From contig OX597828.1 in assembly GCA_951406725.2 (NCBI GenBank), positions 56,606,001 through 56,670,000 of the forward strand: a DNA stretch of 64,000 nucleotides. The letters run 5' to 3'. Shown piece by piece: positions 27,131 to 42,672 of the stretch. The notes beneath the pieces are model-generated. The model ran no database searches and was not told the origin of the DNA. It was given only the letters and a program-made list of their open reading frames with translations. Every line of letters begins with the position of its first letter. Within the stretch, counting starts at the first letter, position 1. Made by a program: the position numbers and the translations under genes. The DNA comes from Octopus vulgaris. Taxonomy: Eukaryota.

Positions 27131-27697
27131 CACTTGCGTCGGACATTAATTAGCACTTCTCAAATTTCTACATGTTCTTACATTTTCTTAATTTAATTAA
27201 CTTATTATCAGAAACGAACTCGTTTTTAATCCAAAAATTATTAAAACATATCCCAGCACACCACATAATTGTTATTAATCGTGAAATTTAGTCAATATCT
27301 TGTTGCACCTCCTTTGACAGCAAAGACAGCTGCTACGCGGGTCGGCGTGCTGTCTATGAGTGCCTGCAGGTACTGTGCAGGGATGACCCCTCATGCAGCA
27401 AGAAGTGCCCCAAACAGCTCGTGTCGGTTCCTGTATTGCTGCACATTCAAATCCCTACCCAATCGACTCCAGAGGTTCTCAATAGGGTTCAGGTCAGGTG
27501 ACTGGCCAGCACGTACTCCTCGCCACCAAAGAGGTATCCCGTACTATCTCAACGTACTTTGCTGCGTTGATGTTGCCTTCGACGGCATAGAGCCGCCCAA
27601 CACCACTGTAGCTGAACGCCCCTCACACCATCAGACCACCCCCACCATGCTTCATGGTGAGCAAATCAAGGGTGCTAATTAATTTCTGACGGTAGTG
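27131..27697 (-). mobile_element. Internally deleted Tc1 element with both TIRs and TA TSD
   Basis: TA|CACTTGCGTCGGACATTAATTAGCAC ... GTGCTAATTAATTTCTGACGGTAGTG|TA. Minus strand KHGGGGLMV*GAFS and QSPDLNPIENLW...AVKGGATRY*. Confidence 0.9.
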
Positions 27698-27742
27698 TAT
27701 GTAGGCTTACGTGTAATTCTCATAGAGAATTACTTGAAGACA

Positions 27743-27845
27743 CTGAAGGGATATTATTATTTATTAATATTCTAGAAACAGCTGTAAGACCTTCTATCTA
27801 TAAATGCTCTAATATCTATACAGCCTTGGTTTTTATTATCTCATT
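27743..27845 (+). mobile_element. 5'-truncated hammerhead-bearing terminal relic (same family as 60890-60984)
   Basis: TGAAGGGATATTA..TAATATTCTA-GAAA-CAGCTG-TA-AGAC-CTTCTATCTATAAATG. Confidence 0.6.
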
Positions 27846-27858
27846 ACACAAAAAATTC

Positions 27859-27925
<67 letters not shown>

Positions 27926-28319
27926 TGCGCGTGTGTGAGTGCGCGTGTGTGTATATATTTACAGGGGAGATGGGATGTAAAGACCATGGCAGATATCAAT
28001 AAATCACGCAGTATTGAAAGAATTTGGTTATAAAGTTTCAACAATCAGATACCAGTAAATGTTCGTAGAATGCATATCCAAGGTAAATCCTCGTGCATCA
28101 CAGGTAAATCCAAATATATTTTTGCAGAAGTTCGAGAAATTCATAGAATTTAACAACAAAAAAATACATACAGAGAAAATTATATTTTTATAATGGATCT
28201 CACATTAAAAAGCCAACAATTATTTTTACTGATTTTACAAAAACACACATAGGCACACATACACACACAACCACCCACACAAACACACAGACGCACAGGA
28301 ACACACACACATATTTATA

Positions 28320-28470
28320 CAGGGTGCTGTGAATAAATTGTTGTCTAAATTACGCAAAAAGGAAAATCACTTCCACACTTCATTTTAACAGATATATTTA
28401 CCAAAAATTACATAAAAATATCTTGAAATACTAATGAGTAAATTTATTCAATAACATCGCTAAATGATAA
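28320..28470. mobile_element. Mariner-like terminal fragment
   Basis: TA-CAGGGTGCTGTGAATAAATTG terminus. Confidence 0.45.
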
Positions 28471-28719
28471 TACGACAGATGCGAAGGCCTATACTTGATT
28501 ATGTGATGGAGTATTTAAATATCGCTAACCCATTCACATGCTTACTACCGAGAAACAAAATAGGTGTGTATACCTGTGTGTGCGTGTGTGCGTGTGTGTG
28601 TATGCGTGTCTGTGCGCGTACGTGCGTAAATGTTAATGGAATAGAAACACCTGTCGGCTTCATAATGCGAGATCTATAATAAAGATATAATTTCCACTGT
28701 ATGTATTTTTGTTGTATTT

Positions 28720-28779
<60 letters not shown>

Positions 28780-29728
28780 TTCGATGCCATGTATGCAAAA
28801 CTCTTCAACTTTTCCCTTTAAACTATCGTATACTATTTATTCATAGTACTATAGGGGAAATAATGACTCTTCTAGTCCTTCCTATTTTCATTTTCCTCCA
28901 TTTCTTCGAATAAATTCGGCTGTATTCATCCATTAGAAAAATATCGTATCTTTCTAATCTTTAGAGAAAAATCAAGTAGACAAAATACTGGTACTTGGTT
29001 ATTTGTAGACAAAAAAAAAAATCAAGTACCAGGATTTCAAAAAAATATCTCATAAACTATATACAGAATTTCTCTCTCAGTCCTCGGCACTCGAACGTTG
29101 TAAGAATGATTAAGAGAAGAAAAATGAAAGTTAGAAAAAAAGGCCGAACAGCAGTAGTTAACACGACTCTTTGAAATATCGACATTTTCAAGTCGACTGT
29201 TTTTCTTAAAGGGGGAAATGACTATGGAATTTGTAATCTTTATCATCTCAACAAAATGACGGGAAAACAGATACACTTAGAGTTTTAGCATAATATATAT
29301 GTGTGTGTACGTGTGCGTTTGTGCGTGAATAGATGACAAAGGGATATGATGCCCTGAGCTTCGTTAATTAACAGCTGCTTCTACTATAAGATGTAATGTA
29401 CTCCCGGTGGAGTGCTTCTGTATTACCCTAAAGCTTCTTTGAACTTTTTAAAAGGATGTGCAACACGCACTCTGATTGAGGAAATATATTATTGATCTGC
29501 TCCTTGTAGAATGTTGCATATACGCGATTAATATTAAGTAAATCAAGAATTTTATGAATCCATTCATATGTAATATTTACCAACTTCAATCTTTAGTTAT
29601 TTTCCAAATATGCATCTCTTTGTCATCAAATATCAAATGATGTAATCAACAATACTCCCAAAATTTGAACACTTTATAATTCTTATTATTTTAATAGAAT
29701 TTGTTGTGATAGAAATATTATGTCTGTA

Positions 29729-30322
29729 GGCGAGCTGGCAAAATCATTAACGCGCCGGGAGAAATGCTGAGCGGTATTTCGCCTGCCGTTATGTTCTGAG
29801 TTCAAATTCCGCCTAGGTCGACTTTGCCTTTCATCCTTTCGGGGTCGATTAAATAAGTACCAGTCACTCACTGGGGTCGATATAATCGACTTAATCCGTA
29901 TATCTGACCTTGTTTGTCCGCTCTATGTTTAGCTCATTGTGGGTAGTAAAGAAATAGGTATTTCGCCTGCCGCTACGTTCTGAGCTCAAATTCCGCCGAG
30001 GTCGACTTTGCCTTTCATCCTTTCATGATCGATAAATTAAGTACCAGTTACGCACTGGGGCCGATATAATCGACTTAATCCGTTTCTCTGTCCTTGTTTG
30101 TCCTCTGTGTTTAGCCCCTTGTGGGTAAAAAAGAAATAGGTATTTCGCCTGCCGCTACGTTCTGAGTTCAGATTCCGCCGAGGTTGACTTTGCTTTTCAT
30201 CCTTTCGGGGTCGATGAATTAAGTACCAGTTGCGCACTGGGGTCGAATTAATCGACTTAATCCGTTTGTCTGTCCTTGCTTGTCTCCTCTATGTTTAGCC
30301 CTTTGTGGGCAATAAAGAAATA
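29729..30322 (+). mobile_element. SINE family A, trimeric (one head + two headless ~180-bp units)
   Basis: Units restart at GGTATTTCGCCTGCC (~29957, ~30139). Flanking duplication TATGTCTGTA. Confidence 0.92.
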
Positions 30323-31303
30323 AGAAATATGTCTGTAAGTGTGGATCAGAGAGTAACGCGTAAACAGAAATTAGATGCGTTGTTTGAGCAGAAAACAATC
30401 CAGCCAGCTTCGATATTGCATTTTATGCCTGAATTGACCTACAGTATATACTTAATGCGTGTTCAATAGAGTAGAATAGCTCCAACAGAGTTTATGTTAT
30501 GTGTGTGTATATGTACGTGTGTGTGTATGTGTGTATATGCGTGTATGTGTGAGCTTGCGTGTGTATGTGTGTAGTTAAAATTATATCATGTAATACGGAT
30601 TCATACACTGTCAAAAGTTCACCAACTGATACGGTTAAACCAAAACTTAAGAGTCGTATTAGGTAAAGAAGACAACACTAGGAATCTTCGCTCCTTTTAG
30701 ATAAAAATGAGCGGCTTTGCTTTTGAACTTTACGAGCTTAAGCTCTGCTTTAGAAATTTAGATAGCAAGAAGACGAAAGAAATATAGAGGAAGATATGAA
30801 AACAACAATAAAATGAAAAATAAGTGGTTCTGAATAATTTCCAAAACAAGGTGGATCACGAACGAGACGAGTGTCCCTAAAGAAGTGAAGTCTTAAATTA
30901 GAAAGTGTGCGTGCGTGTTTATATATGAATGATGGCAGGAGCGTTTGTATTTATGTGTGGACGTATTCATAAGCTATATTTCGCTAGATATAGAAGACAT
31001 GCATTATGATACACACACTACAAGCACGTACAACCAGCACACATTTACATTCATTTTTTGTGTTCAGCTTGTAAAACGCTGTTTATCCATAATATGATTA
31101 TCAGTGCAGTAATTTCCCCAATCACTTTGTTTCTGATTAGAACAGAGACTATATAAACTACCTACTATATCTAAATAGGGGATTACATTTTCTGTGGCAA
31201 ACATAAAATATGACAGGGTATTTTCCTTTGTTTTTGGTTTGGGAATAGCTTCACTACAATTACATTTATTTCTTTAACGTTCACACATGGACGTTACACA
31301 TAG

Positions 31304-32345
31304 TACGACAGTGGGTTGAAAAGTTCCTAGCCTCGAAGGATTTAGATTAGAACTGTGAAACCTTGCACACATTAATCTCAATCCTTCGTATAAATGAATG
31401 CATTCTTTCTTTCCAGGTAAACAGTCAACTGACTATTCAAACAAGAATTCAAAAGTAACAAGTAGCGTCGTCTCTTGAAAATGAACAAATGAACAAAATT
31501 TGGCATCGCCGTGTTATCAAGTACCAGCAGAAAAAGGGATTAGCACCCACCGACATTCATACTGACTTAATTGCTTCATCAAAGCATGACGTTCCTGCTT
31601 TATCAAAAGTACAAAAGTGGAAAGCGGAAATTCGGATGGGAATGTAGGGTGTTGAAGCTGACTCAAGGTCTGGACGTCCTGAAACTGGTACCACCGAGGA
31701 AAACATTGATCGTGTTCACCAAATGGTGAAGGATGATTGGCGATTGACAATAAACCAAATAGCTAATGCCATTAGCACGTCTTTTCATATCGTTGAGAAC
31801 ATTCTGCACAGTGAACTTGGAATGATGAAAGTCTCTCCGCGGTCAGTTCCACGTCTTCTGATACCTGACAGTCTGAACATATGAAAGGAAAATCTGACAT
31901 TTTGTGAGCAGATCCAGCAGGTTACCTTGGACATTTCTAAGATACGGTGAGTATTTGTGCTCATAAGTTTGAGTTAGAAACAAAGAGACAAACCATGCAA
32001 TAGAAACGCCCCACTCCCTTGCTTCGAAGTAGACCAAGGCCGTTTCATTTGCAAGAAGGTGAAAGCCATCGTTTTGATATTTTATATTTGAGGAAAAATG
32101 CATTGTGCGAATTAGATGTATTCAGAAGTGGTACGCCATCAATGGAGGGTACTATGCCAACCTGGAAGGTATCTAGTTTTACCAGGATAATACTCCAGCA
32201 CGGAAGGGCTTCGATTTAATGGCTGCTGTGCGTGAATTAGATTTGAGCTGTTTCAACACCCTTCCTATTCGCCTGACCATCGTCTGTTCCACAACATGAT
32301 AAAACTCTTGGCTGGGAACCAGTAACTCAAAGACGATATAGCGTC
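31304..32345 (+). mobile_element. Decayed mariner (DD34D-type) transposon
   Basis: Terminus TACGACAGTGGGTTGAAAAGTTCC. Peptides RSGRPETGTTEENIDRVHQMV, LGMMKVSPRSVPRLL (WVPR-like), QHPSYSPD. Confidence 0.85.
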
Positions 32346-32384
32346 ATGTATACCAAATTGCAGTGCTTGGATCTGATTTGTGAA

Positions 32385-32680
32385 GAAGCTTTCAAGCAGT
32401 CGGTCAAAAACTTCATCACCATCACACATGACGTCATCGTCTTTGCGTTACTAGTTCCCAGCCAAAAACTGTTTTCTGGGAGCTCAACAAAAACCGGATT
32501 TCACGGGAGCGATACACTCAGAAAACCACTACTGTCAAAAACAAACGTTGCAAACCGTTTGGTGGGGGGGAGTAAAAACCTACTAAGCTGGATCCTTGAG
32601 CAGTGGAAGAATGTTATTTTCTCGGACGAGTCATTGTTTACTTTATTTCTGACCACCGACCGATATTTCACACAAAATAT
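32385..32680 (+). mobile_element. Tc1 transposase fragment
   Basis: RKPLLSKTNVANRL...EQWKNVIFSDESLFTLF. Same family as 40750-41726. Confidence 0.8.
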
Positions 32681-35604
32681 CTAGTTCTGAAATAGTATTA
32701 GTATTATGCATATTTGCAAGCATATATAAAAGAAACGAAAATAAACTTTTGTCAGGTTTTCCATATTTACCTTTAATATTGTTTACCTATTGTAGTGAAA
32801 GAAACGTCACATGACGCTGTTATAAAAGCCTTTAATTAAAATAGTTTAGTTTGGAAACATTTACTGCAGTTTTCGCACGAATGCGTTTTGCAAATAGTAA
32901 AATGCATCCTATTTTGAAATATGTTTCGTTTAACTAACATAACAGGTCAAATAAGATTTCAAATAAGATCCTGTGGAAACAAATATTTTGATATCAGGCC
33001 ACTCACGTCGTCGTTGTCAAATCATGATTGGAAGAACCTTGTCAATCTATCTATATATGTATTTCTGAGAGAATGCAACAAGAATCACATTACATAATGT
33101 TCTACTCTTTATCAAAAGGCTAGGGGTGGTTAGGTTGCGAATTTAGTAGACTTTTCTTGTGCCTGTGTGATCACGCAGACGTTATTTCCCTTTCCTTATG
33201 CCAATATGATTTTCATTTAAAATACAATTTGCAGTTGTTCATAACTTGCATATAAAACCCATAAATACATAAATCCTGATCTTTCAATGAGTACACTAGA
33301 ATTCTTTCTCACTTTGCAACTATCATAAACGTTATAGTTTTTGTTTTACTCCGCCATTAAATCAATCACTAGAGTGTATACGTATTTTGAAATATTCATA
33401 TCGCATTTGATTGCTTTGTTTCTCGTGTGGTATATAACATATTTAATACACGTAAATGATGATATAGTTACTGAGTTTTAATATTTATTGAATATAAGGC
33501 TGTATTAAATGACTTTGTAAAAGCTAATAACGTGATCATAGCAAACATATAAGGTTATGAAATTCATCAGAAACTATAGGAAAGCAAACGCTAGCATGCA
33601 ATAAAATACCGAAAAGTTGCTAAATAAATAAGATGCCAGGGATGAAAGTAAATGAACAACTATGTTATAGTTTCAAGTCTGCTATAGTTCTGTTGATGCA
33701 TATACATGTCGCTTTTTATTGGCTTTGAAGCCAATACGCATACAATAAATTGTACAGAGAAACACAGTTTACATGCAAACGTATCGAGATGCATATTACT
33801 TTGTTCTCATTAATTTCATATTCCAGCGCATAATGTTATTTTTAAAGCTAAAAGAGGCGCATTTGCCTGCTGTCTGGTATTAAACGTAGTTTATCAAATA
33901 TGAATTCCAGTTGGTGAGTTCCAGTTGGTAAATATATCAAAAGACAAAATCTCGATAAATAATATAATTTGAATGATGGAATGCAGCATACAATACACTA
34001 AAATGGCTGAAGCATTGCTAACAATTTGTACTATACTACTGGTAATAATAACATGCAGATCCTCACTTTGTAAATGCTGCTATAACTCGACCTAAATCAG
34101 AAAAAATACGTTAGATGTGTATTTATTAAGATGCGAGGCGATATTTTTGGAGCATATATAGCTGAAACGTGCGCACTGCACCGCATAATCTAATGACATT
34201 TTATAGAAACTTTATTCCGAGATAGACATATCTGAAATTAATGCAAGCGATCAAATCATGCCGAGCTCGACATTTTGAATGACAAAGTATTGGCTGACGC
34301 GAAATTACTGAAAAGTTTGTCTTCATGGATTTTATTGATGGCTATATGACAATAAATACGAGAAATGAAATAAGAAGAGCGCATGGATAATAAGGTAAAT
34401 ACAGAAAAAGAAAACAGAAAATTAACATTGTTGTTATCGAAAATTCCTTGAAGAACACATTCTTAAAATAAGAGAGCACGAAAAGAAAGAAGATCAAAGC
34501 AATCGAAAGCAAAGTAAAAACTATAATATATAACTGGTAGTTACATAAAAATACATAGATTATTCCACTAAAATAAATGGTAGTTAAGGTGGCAATGATA
34601 TAACAGCATATTTACAAAAAATTATTCTGTATCTTGATAAATGAATAAAATCGATGTAGTATTGGATAGCAACTTTAATAGTTAGCTTTTTTAAAGATTT
34701 GTTGAGAATATGACGAAATAGTGATTCCGAGCACTGGCTCTGTATTACATATATTGAAGTTGCAGTGAAAGAAATTAACGCCAGGGCATCATTACGTATA
34801 CATCAAAGACTCTTTAAGAATTCCATTGAGTTCTTATTTTAAAAAATCTGAAAGACTGGTTATGAAATTTATAATTTCAGCTCGATAATTTACTTGCTGA
34901 TAATGCTGAAGAGTAAAACATTAGTGACAATATTATGAGTACCATGTTCTTTATACGTAGATGAAGATTACAGCAGAAGGGTCAGAATATTGAATATCTA
35001 AATAATCATACATATATACTAAATTTTAAAACTATATACACACATGTTAATCCTAGACATCGAATTTTATAATTCCTGTTATGATTAAATACGTGACAAC
35101 ATAACGCTAAGAAGATTTTTTTTAAATAACTTAAGTCGGCAAATGGAAATGTGCTTAAGTAAGCAGACAGGCCTTGAAAAACGATTAAGGGCATCCTCTT
35201 GATGGCACCTTAATTTCTGTGATACGAATCTTAAAAGTGTATTTCCCACAGTCAATGATTCGAAAAACTAACTGAATGTAATCTAAATAATGTTCTGATA
35301 TCAATAATAATAATGCCAAAAGCAAGTAATATATAGTATTATTGTATAAAGAAATAAGAAATGAAATAAAGAAACAAGAAATAAATAGGTTATCGTATGA
35401 GGAAAGCAGAGAGAACCAAGCTTTTCAATAAATAACAACAAAAGCAAAATTATCATGATGGATATATTTAAAAATAAATATTTCGGTAAGTTTAAAATTC
35501 ATAAATAGGAATTTGGATATGGGCACGTGACCTCATTTTAAAGGTATGTTCTGTTATTCTGTTATTTGTTTCAGTCATATGATTTTGGCCACGCTGGAGC
35601 ACCT

Positions 35605-35655
<51 letters not shown>

Positions 35656-36519
35656 AAAATGGATCGAATGTCATTCCCGAACCTAGGCTCATACCTCCGG
35701 TATCTCGAATTCTGATGGATATATATCCCCTATTTTATTGGATAGGACGTCAGTTGTCAGGAGTTAATACAATTTTGTAAGCTAAATGAAATGGGAACAA
35801 CGTGAAATAATATGTTCAGTTCATGAATACAAGATATTGCTCAGCTGAGAAACCGAAATCAGAACTTTAAGATCACGTGTGCAACATTGTGACCACCAAG
35901 CCACTCACATACACTTAGTTGATATACCGTGATATTTAATAAAATTGATTATATTGCCTTTGATCAGATTAGCATGAAATCAATATCGGCTCTAGTATGA
36001 ATATATCACCATGCCAACAAATATGTATTATGCATACATAGTTATATGTGCATATATATATTCATATATATTTGTGTATATGTATACACACACCGACATA
36101 TATTCCACATTAAATATGAGCGTGTTTGTGTGTGTGAGCGTATGCTAGCGCGCGAGCGTGTGTACTGTTGGGAGAGTTTCTATGCTTGTATGCAGGCGTC
36201 TGTATGTATTTATGTAGCATAAATATGAGTATGAAATCGAGTCAGGCTGCAAACTGTATGGACAGAAAATTGCAAACTTACTAAAACTTATGCTGTGAAA
36301 TAGTGGAAGAAGATAGAGTGGGAGGAGAATAGAAACAGGTGCTTTAATTGTAAAACCGAAAGTAACGATTCATTTATATTTATTGGTTAAACGCTAAACG
36401 AAATCTGATTAAAATTCCCTGTAAAAACTTTGTTTTTATTCTAAATAGAAAGCCAGACTTACGCAACTTTATAAAGTGACTTCGAAAGATAAATATCACA
36501 TGAAGGATTGTATTTACAG

Positions 36520-36830
36520 AAGCCGACCAAAGCCTTGTGAGTGGATTTGGCAGACGGAAACTGAAAGAAGCCTGTTGTATATATGTATATATATATGCGT
36601 GTGTGTGTTTGTGTGTCTGTGTTTGTCCCCCTAGCTTTGCTTGACAACCGATGCTGGTGTGTTTAAGTCCCATGTTACTTAGCGGTTCGGCAAAAAGGAT
36701 CGATAGAATAAGTACTGGGCTTACAAAAAGAATAAGTCCCGTGATCGAGTTGCTCGATGAAAGGCGGTGCTCCAGCATGGCCGCAGTCAAATGACTGAAA
36801 CAAGTAAAAGAGAAAGAGAAAGAGAAAGAG
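36520..36830 (+). mobile_element. SINE family B, 5'-truncated
   Basis: GCCGACCAAAGCCTTGTGAGTGG...TGACTGAAACAAGTAAAAGAG(AAAGAG)n tail. Confidence 0.88.
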
Positions 36831-36896
36831 ATATACTTCACGCATCATTTATATTATGCAACATATAACTACAGTATATTTCTGTTGACATGTACT

Positions 36897-37185
36897 CTAT
36901 TACTTGTTTCTGTCATTTGACTGCAGCCATGCTGGAGCATCGCCTTTAGTCGAGCAAATCTATCCCAGGATTTGAATCTATGTAAGCCTTGTACTTATTC
37001 TAAGTTACGGTGCCGTAAACACACCAGCATCGGTTGTCAAGCGATGTTGGGGGTACAGATACAGACACATAAACACACACATATATATACATATACATAT
37101 ATACGACGGGCTTCATTCAGTTTCTGTCTGCTAAATCCACTCACAAGGCTTGTAAGCAAGCTACTTACCACACAGCCCCTCCTGT
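36897..37185 (-). mobile_element. SINE family B, internally deleted, inverted relative to the previous copy
   Basis: Reverse-complement match to both tail and head. Confidence 0.85.
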
Positions 37186-37630
37186 ACACAAATGTTAAAG
37201 TAATCTTAGATATGTGTACAAATAGAGACAAATAGGTTATACAGTCTTATATATTTGACTACTCCCAATAAAAAAAAAAAAAAACACTTCATGAAATCTG
37301 ATCACATTGAAGTGTTCATAGTTTTGCCGTGAAATCTTGCAATAATCATAAGAAACGATCATAATACAGTGAAACTTGTCTCAGCGAAAGTATGCTGATT
37401 CATTCTTATAATTGTTGTTATGTTGAGTGAATCTGAATTTTACATAACAATCAATTTCTTGTAAAAGTGAGCTTCATATAAGAATTGACAATATTTTATT
37501 AGAATAAGTCTGATTACATATGTTCCTGAACATCTATATGCATTACTTGGTGTCTGTGTGTATGTACATACATATATGTATTTGTGTTTGTGCGTACGTG
37601 ACTGTGTGAGCGTGGTGCATACGTGCGTGC

Positions 37631-37678
<48 letters not shown>

Positions 37679-38039
37679 GTATCGACAAGTCACTCGCTTG
37701 GATGGAACCAGAGGAGCCAGACGTTCGCAGCAGGAAATTCTCCAGCTTATAGCCCAGTCTGCGCTTACATTTACACTTAAATTTCTTATATTACATTAAT
37801 AGCGATTACTTTAGACTCATCCCTCAAATACAAAGTATAAACACATGACAGTCAGCTGTCTACTAATGCAGACGTGCACGAATATGTGCTTATGAAGAAA
37901 TCTAAGACCCAGGTAAAATTGCGTATTAACATATCAATTGCTTATATATGATACCGAAATTGTTCTAAAAGTTCCGGTTTCCATTAAATCTAATCTGATA
38001 TTGCATCCAGGTACGATAACAGTATCAGTCAGTCTTTGT

Positions 38040-38175
<136 letters not shown>

Positions 38176-38284
38176 ATATATATATTTATATATATATATA
38201 TATTTATATATATATTTATATATATATTTATATATATATATATATTTATATATATATTTATATATATATTTATATATATATTTA

Positions 38285-39430
<1,146 letters not shown>

Positions 39431-39819
39431 TACACACACATATATATATATGTATATATTTATACATATATATGTACATATACACACACACATATAGATA
39501 TATATTCATATAAAATACACTGTACATTTAAACACATTAAGTGGTTTCCATCATAGGAATCCTTTACGCTAGAAATAACAGCTAAAGTCCAAAATACTAA
39601 TTAGGATAAATTCTCGCAGGGGATGAAAATTAAAAACATTTACCATCTCTTTCCTGGACCATGGTTTCTGACTTATTCTAGTAAATAAAATAAATCCGAA
39701 ACCATGATCCAAATGTATTTTATATGAATAATATATAGTCTATTGACTATTTTTTCTATACGATAGAGCACCGGTAGTAAAAAATTCTAAAAACCTTATA
39801 ACCTGATATTATTATATTA

Positions 39820-39880
<61 letters not shown>

Positions 39881-39979
39881 GTGGAAGAACTCTTGTGTAG
39901 TCAACAAACTATCCAGCATTCAATGTATGTGTGTGTGTATGTGTGTGTTTGTGTGTGTGCATGTGTATGTATGTATGTA

Positions 39980-40197
39980 TACTCTTTACTCTTTTAATCT
40001 TTTACTTGTTTCAGTCATTTGACTGCGGCCATGCTGGAGCACCACCTTTAATCGAGCAACTCGACCCCGGGACTTATTCTTTGTAAGCCCAGTACTTACT
40101 CTATTGGACTCTTTTGCCGAACCGCTAAGTGACGCGGACATAAACACACCAGCATCGGTTGTCAAGCAATGCTAGGGGGACAAACACAGACACACAA

Positions 40198-40240
<43 letters not shown>

Positions 40241-40405
40241 TACGACAGGCTTCTTTCAGTTTCTGTCTACCAAATCCACTCACAAGGCATTGGTCGGCCC
40301 GGGGCTATAGCAGAAAACACTTGCCCAAGATGCCACGCAGTGGGACTGAACCCGGAACCATGTGGTTGGTTAGCAAGCTACTTACCACACAGCCACTCCT
40401 GCGCC
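39980..40405 (-). mobile_element. Full-length SINE family B
   Basis: Complete reverse-complement match to 6209-6690. Confidence 0.92.
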
Positions 40406-40474
40406 TATATATATATAAATAATATATATAATTAGTTTATTGGCTAAACTGGCAAAATGACCATTTCGAAATAT

Positions 40475-40544
<70 letters not shown>

Positions 40545-40553
40545 GTATAAATA

Positions 40554-40622
<69 letters not shown>

Positions 40623-40749
40623 GTATATATATATATGTATATATGTATATATATATGTATATATATATATGTATGTATGTTTGTATGTATGGTGAGAATT
40701 TACAAAAAGCACAAAAGACGAAGACGGATGTGTAAACAACAAACATTAT

Positions 40750-41726
40750 GATGGTAGGGGATATCGACTCCTTACTTGTTTTTCTAAAATGCACCATAAA
40801 TGTTCAATATATTTTGAGATCTGGGCACTGTGGTGGCCAGATAAGATGCTCAACGTCGCTAGAATGTTACTTAGGTCATTCAGTAACAACTTTAGTTTTG
40901 TGAATTGGTGCATTATCTTCTTGAATGATTGCATTTCCCCCGCAAATACTTCTGCAACCATAGGATGAATTTGGTCAGATAACATGCTTAAAAGACTATT
41001 AATTCTGCCTTGAAGGGAAACCACTGGACCAGCGGATTTCCCCAGCCCACCACATATCATCCTACATGTTTAAGAGTTTGAAGAAGGCAGTCTGGGTTAA
41101 ATGCTTCCTTTGGCTGTCTCCACAAGTATACTCAGCCGGTGGTCGGAAATAAGGTAAATGATGACTCGTTCGAGAAAATAGCATTCTTCCACTCATCTAG
41201 GCACCTATTCTGTAGGTGCTTACTCCATTCTAAACGCTTTGCAACGTTTGTTTTTCAGAGTAGTGGTTTTCTGATTGCATCTCTCCTGGGAAATCCGTCT
41301 TTGTGGGGCTCCCGGCGAACAGATTTTGTGGAAACTGGGTTCTCGGGGTGGTCATTAAGTTCTGCAATAATGTTGGGGGCTGCACTTTTGTGATCCTTTC
41401 TAATTATTCGCGTAAGTGTCCATCGGTCCCTGTATGAAAGTTTTTGCTTTTTACCGGAGTTTTATTTCGACGAGGAGGTTTTTCACTCTTTCTCAAAGGC
41501 TGTCTTTACTTTCGAGAGTGTACTTCTTGTTAACACCAAACATTTCGGCTGTTTTCGTTACGCTAGCGCCTTCCATACGAGCACCGGCAATTTGACATTT
41601 TTGAAAGTCCGATAGATCTGTGAATTTAATGAATTTCAATTACCTTTTATCTGATGATATCTGAAAAGAACAGCCAATTTAGCAAAACATTTTTTAAGGT
41701 GTTTCCATTATTTTGTCCAACTCCTG
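40750..41726 (-). mobile_element. Tc1 transposon pseudo-transposase with 5' TIR
   Basis: TA|CAGGAGTTGGACAAAATAATGGAAACACC. Peptides [46 protein letters not shown], with stops and frameshifts. Confidence 0.88.
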
Positions 41727-41756
41727 TATATATACGTACGTATGCATGTATATATC

Positions 41757-41814
<58 letters not shown>

Positions 41815-41816
41815 TA

Positions 41817-42211
41817 CTAGCAGTATCGCCCGGCGTTGCTCGGGTTTGTAAGGGAAATAATTATATAAGCATTTTTAGAGATGTAAAGTATAATACCCAT
41901 CTCAATATGGCTAACCACAAAGGGGGGGGTTACTGTAGCTTTTTACGTTCTGAGATTTAATAATACATTTTTAGAGAGTTACTTCCCTTATATAAACCGA
42001 GTGAAAATGCATTAAAAATGTGAAAAATTGATGGTAATATTTTTTTTAATCGTAGACTCATCGTAGACGCGTGCTAATACCCAGAAGGGCTCGATATGAA
42101 TCACGACTATAAGATACCCGGTTTTGGTTAAACTGCACCGCAAAATGTGGGAGTAGTTAGGAATCTAAATCGTAAGAGACAGACACACAACTTCACTTTT
42201 ATATATAAAGA
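41817..42211 (-). mobile_element. Non-autonomous Helitron
   Basis: Minus strand A|TCTTTATATATAAAAG ... CCCGAGCAACGCCGGGCGATACTGCTAG|T. Confidence 0.87.
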
Positions 42212-42262
42212 TATATATATATGAAGAGTGTGCGCGAGGGAGAGAGAGAGGAATCCTGTATG

Positions 42263-42304
<42 letters not shown>

Positions 42305-42672
42305 TAAGAGCATGTGTGTGTGCATGTCTGTCGTACGAGTGTACTGTTTTGATGGTTAATACGTCGTTATTTGTATTTGTTGTTTAAATACGTGCCACCC
42401 GCCACAAGCAACTCTCAAGTAATTATCTTATCTCATACAATCACAGCTTCGTTTGTGCTTAGATGCTATTAATCAAAAACCCAGACTTTTTCATAATCCC
42501 TTTATTGTTTATCACTTAATATAACGTGTTTCGCGGTGATTATAAAAAACTTCATTGAAACAACCTACACACAGCTGATAACACCCTTTCAAATATATTA
42601 TGGCTGTGTAGATTTTGTTTTCAATCAATTACTCTTTTATTAGCTACTAACGATTTGCCTGTAAATGCTCAC

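Noticed and set aside
27269-27682. 137-aa plus-strand ORF
   Set aside because: Antisense shadow of the minus-strand Tc1 transposase fragment.
29729-30322. Regularly spaced repeats resembling a CRISPR or satellite array
   Set aside because: Units are ~180-bp SINE bodies without unique spacers, in a eukaryotic context with no cas genes.
33800-34400. Weak Cys/PTG peptides on the minus strand (also ~4200-4420, ~8180-8300, ~19100-19270, ~20600-20950, ~52500-53450, ~63450-63850)
   Set aside because: Compatible with the LRP-like pseudogene but individually too degenerate to list as separate features without an alignment.
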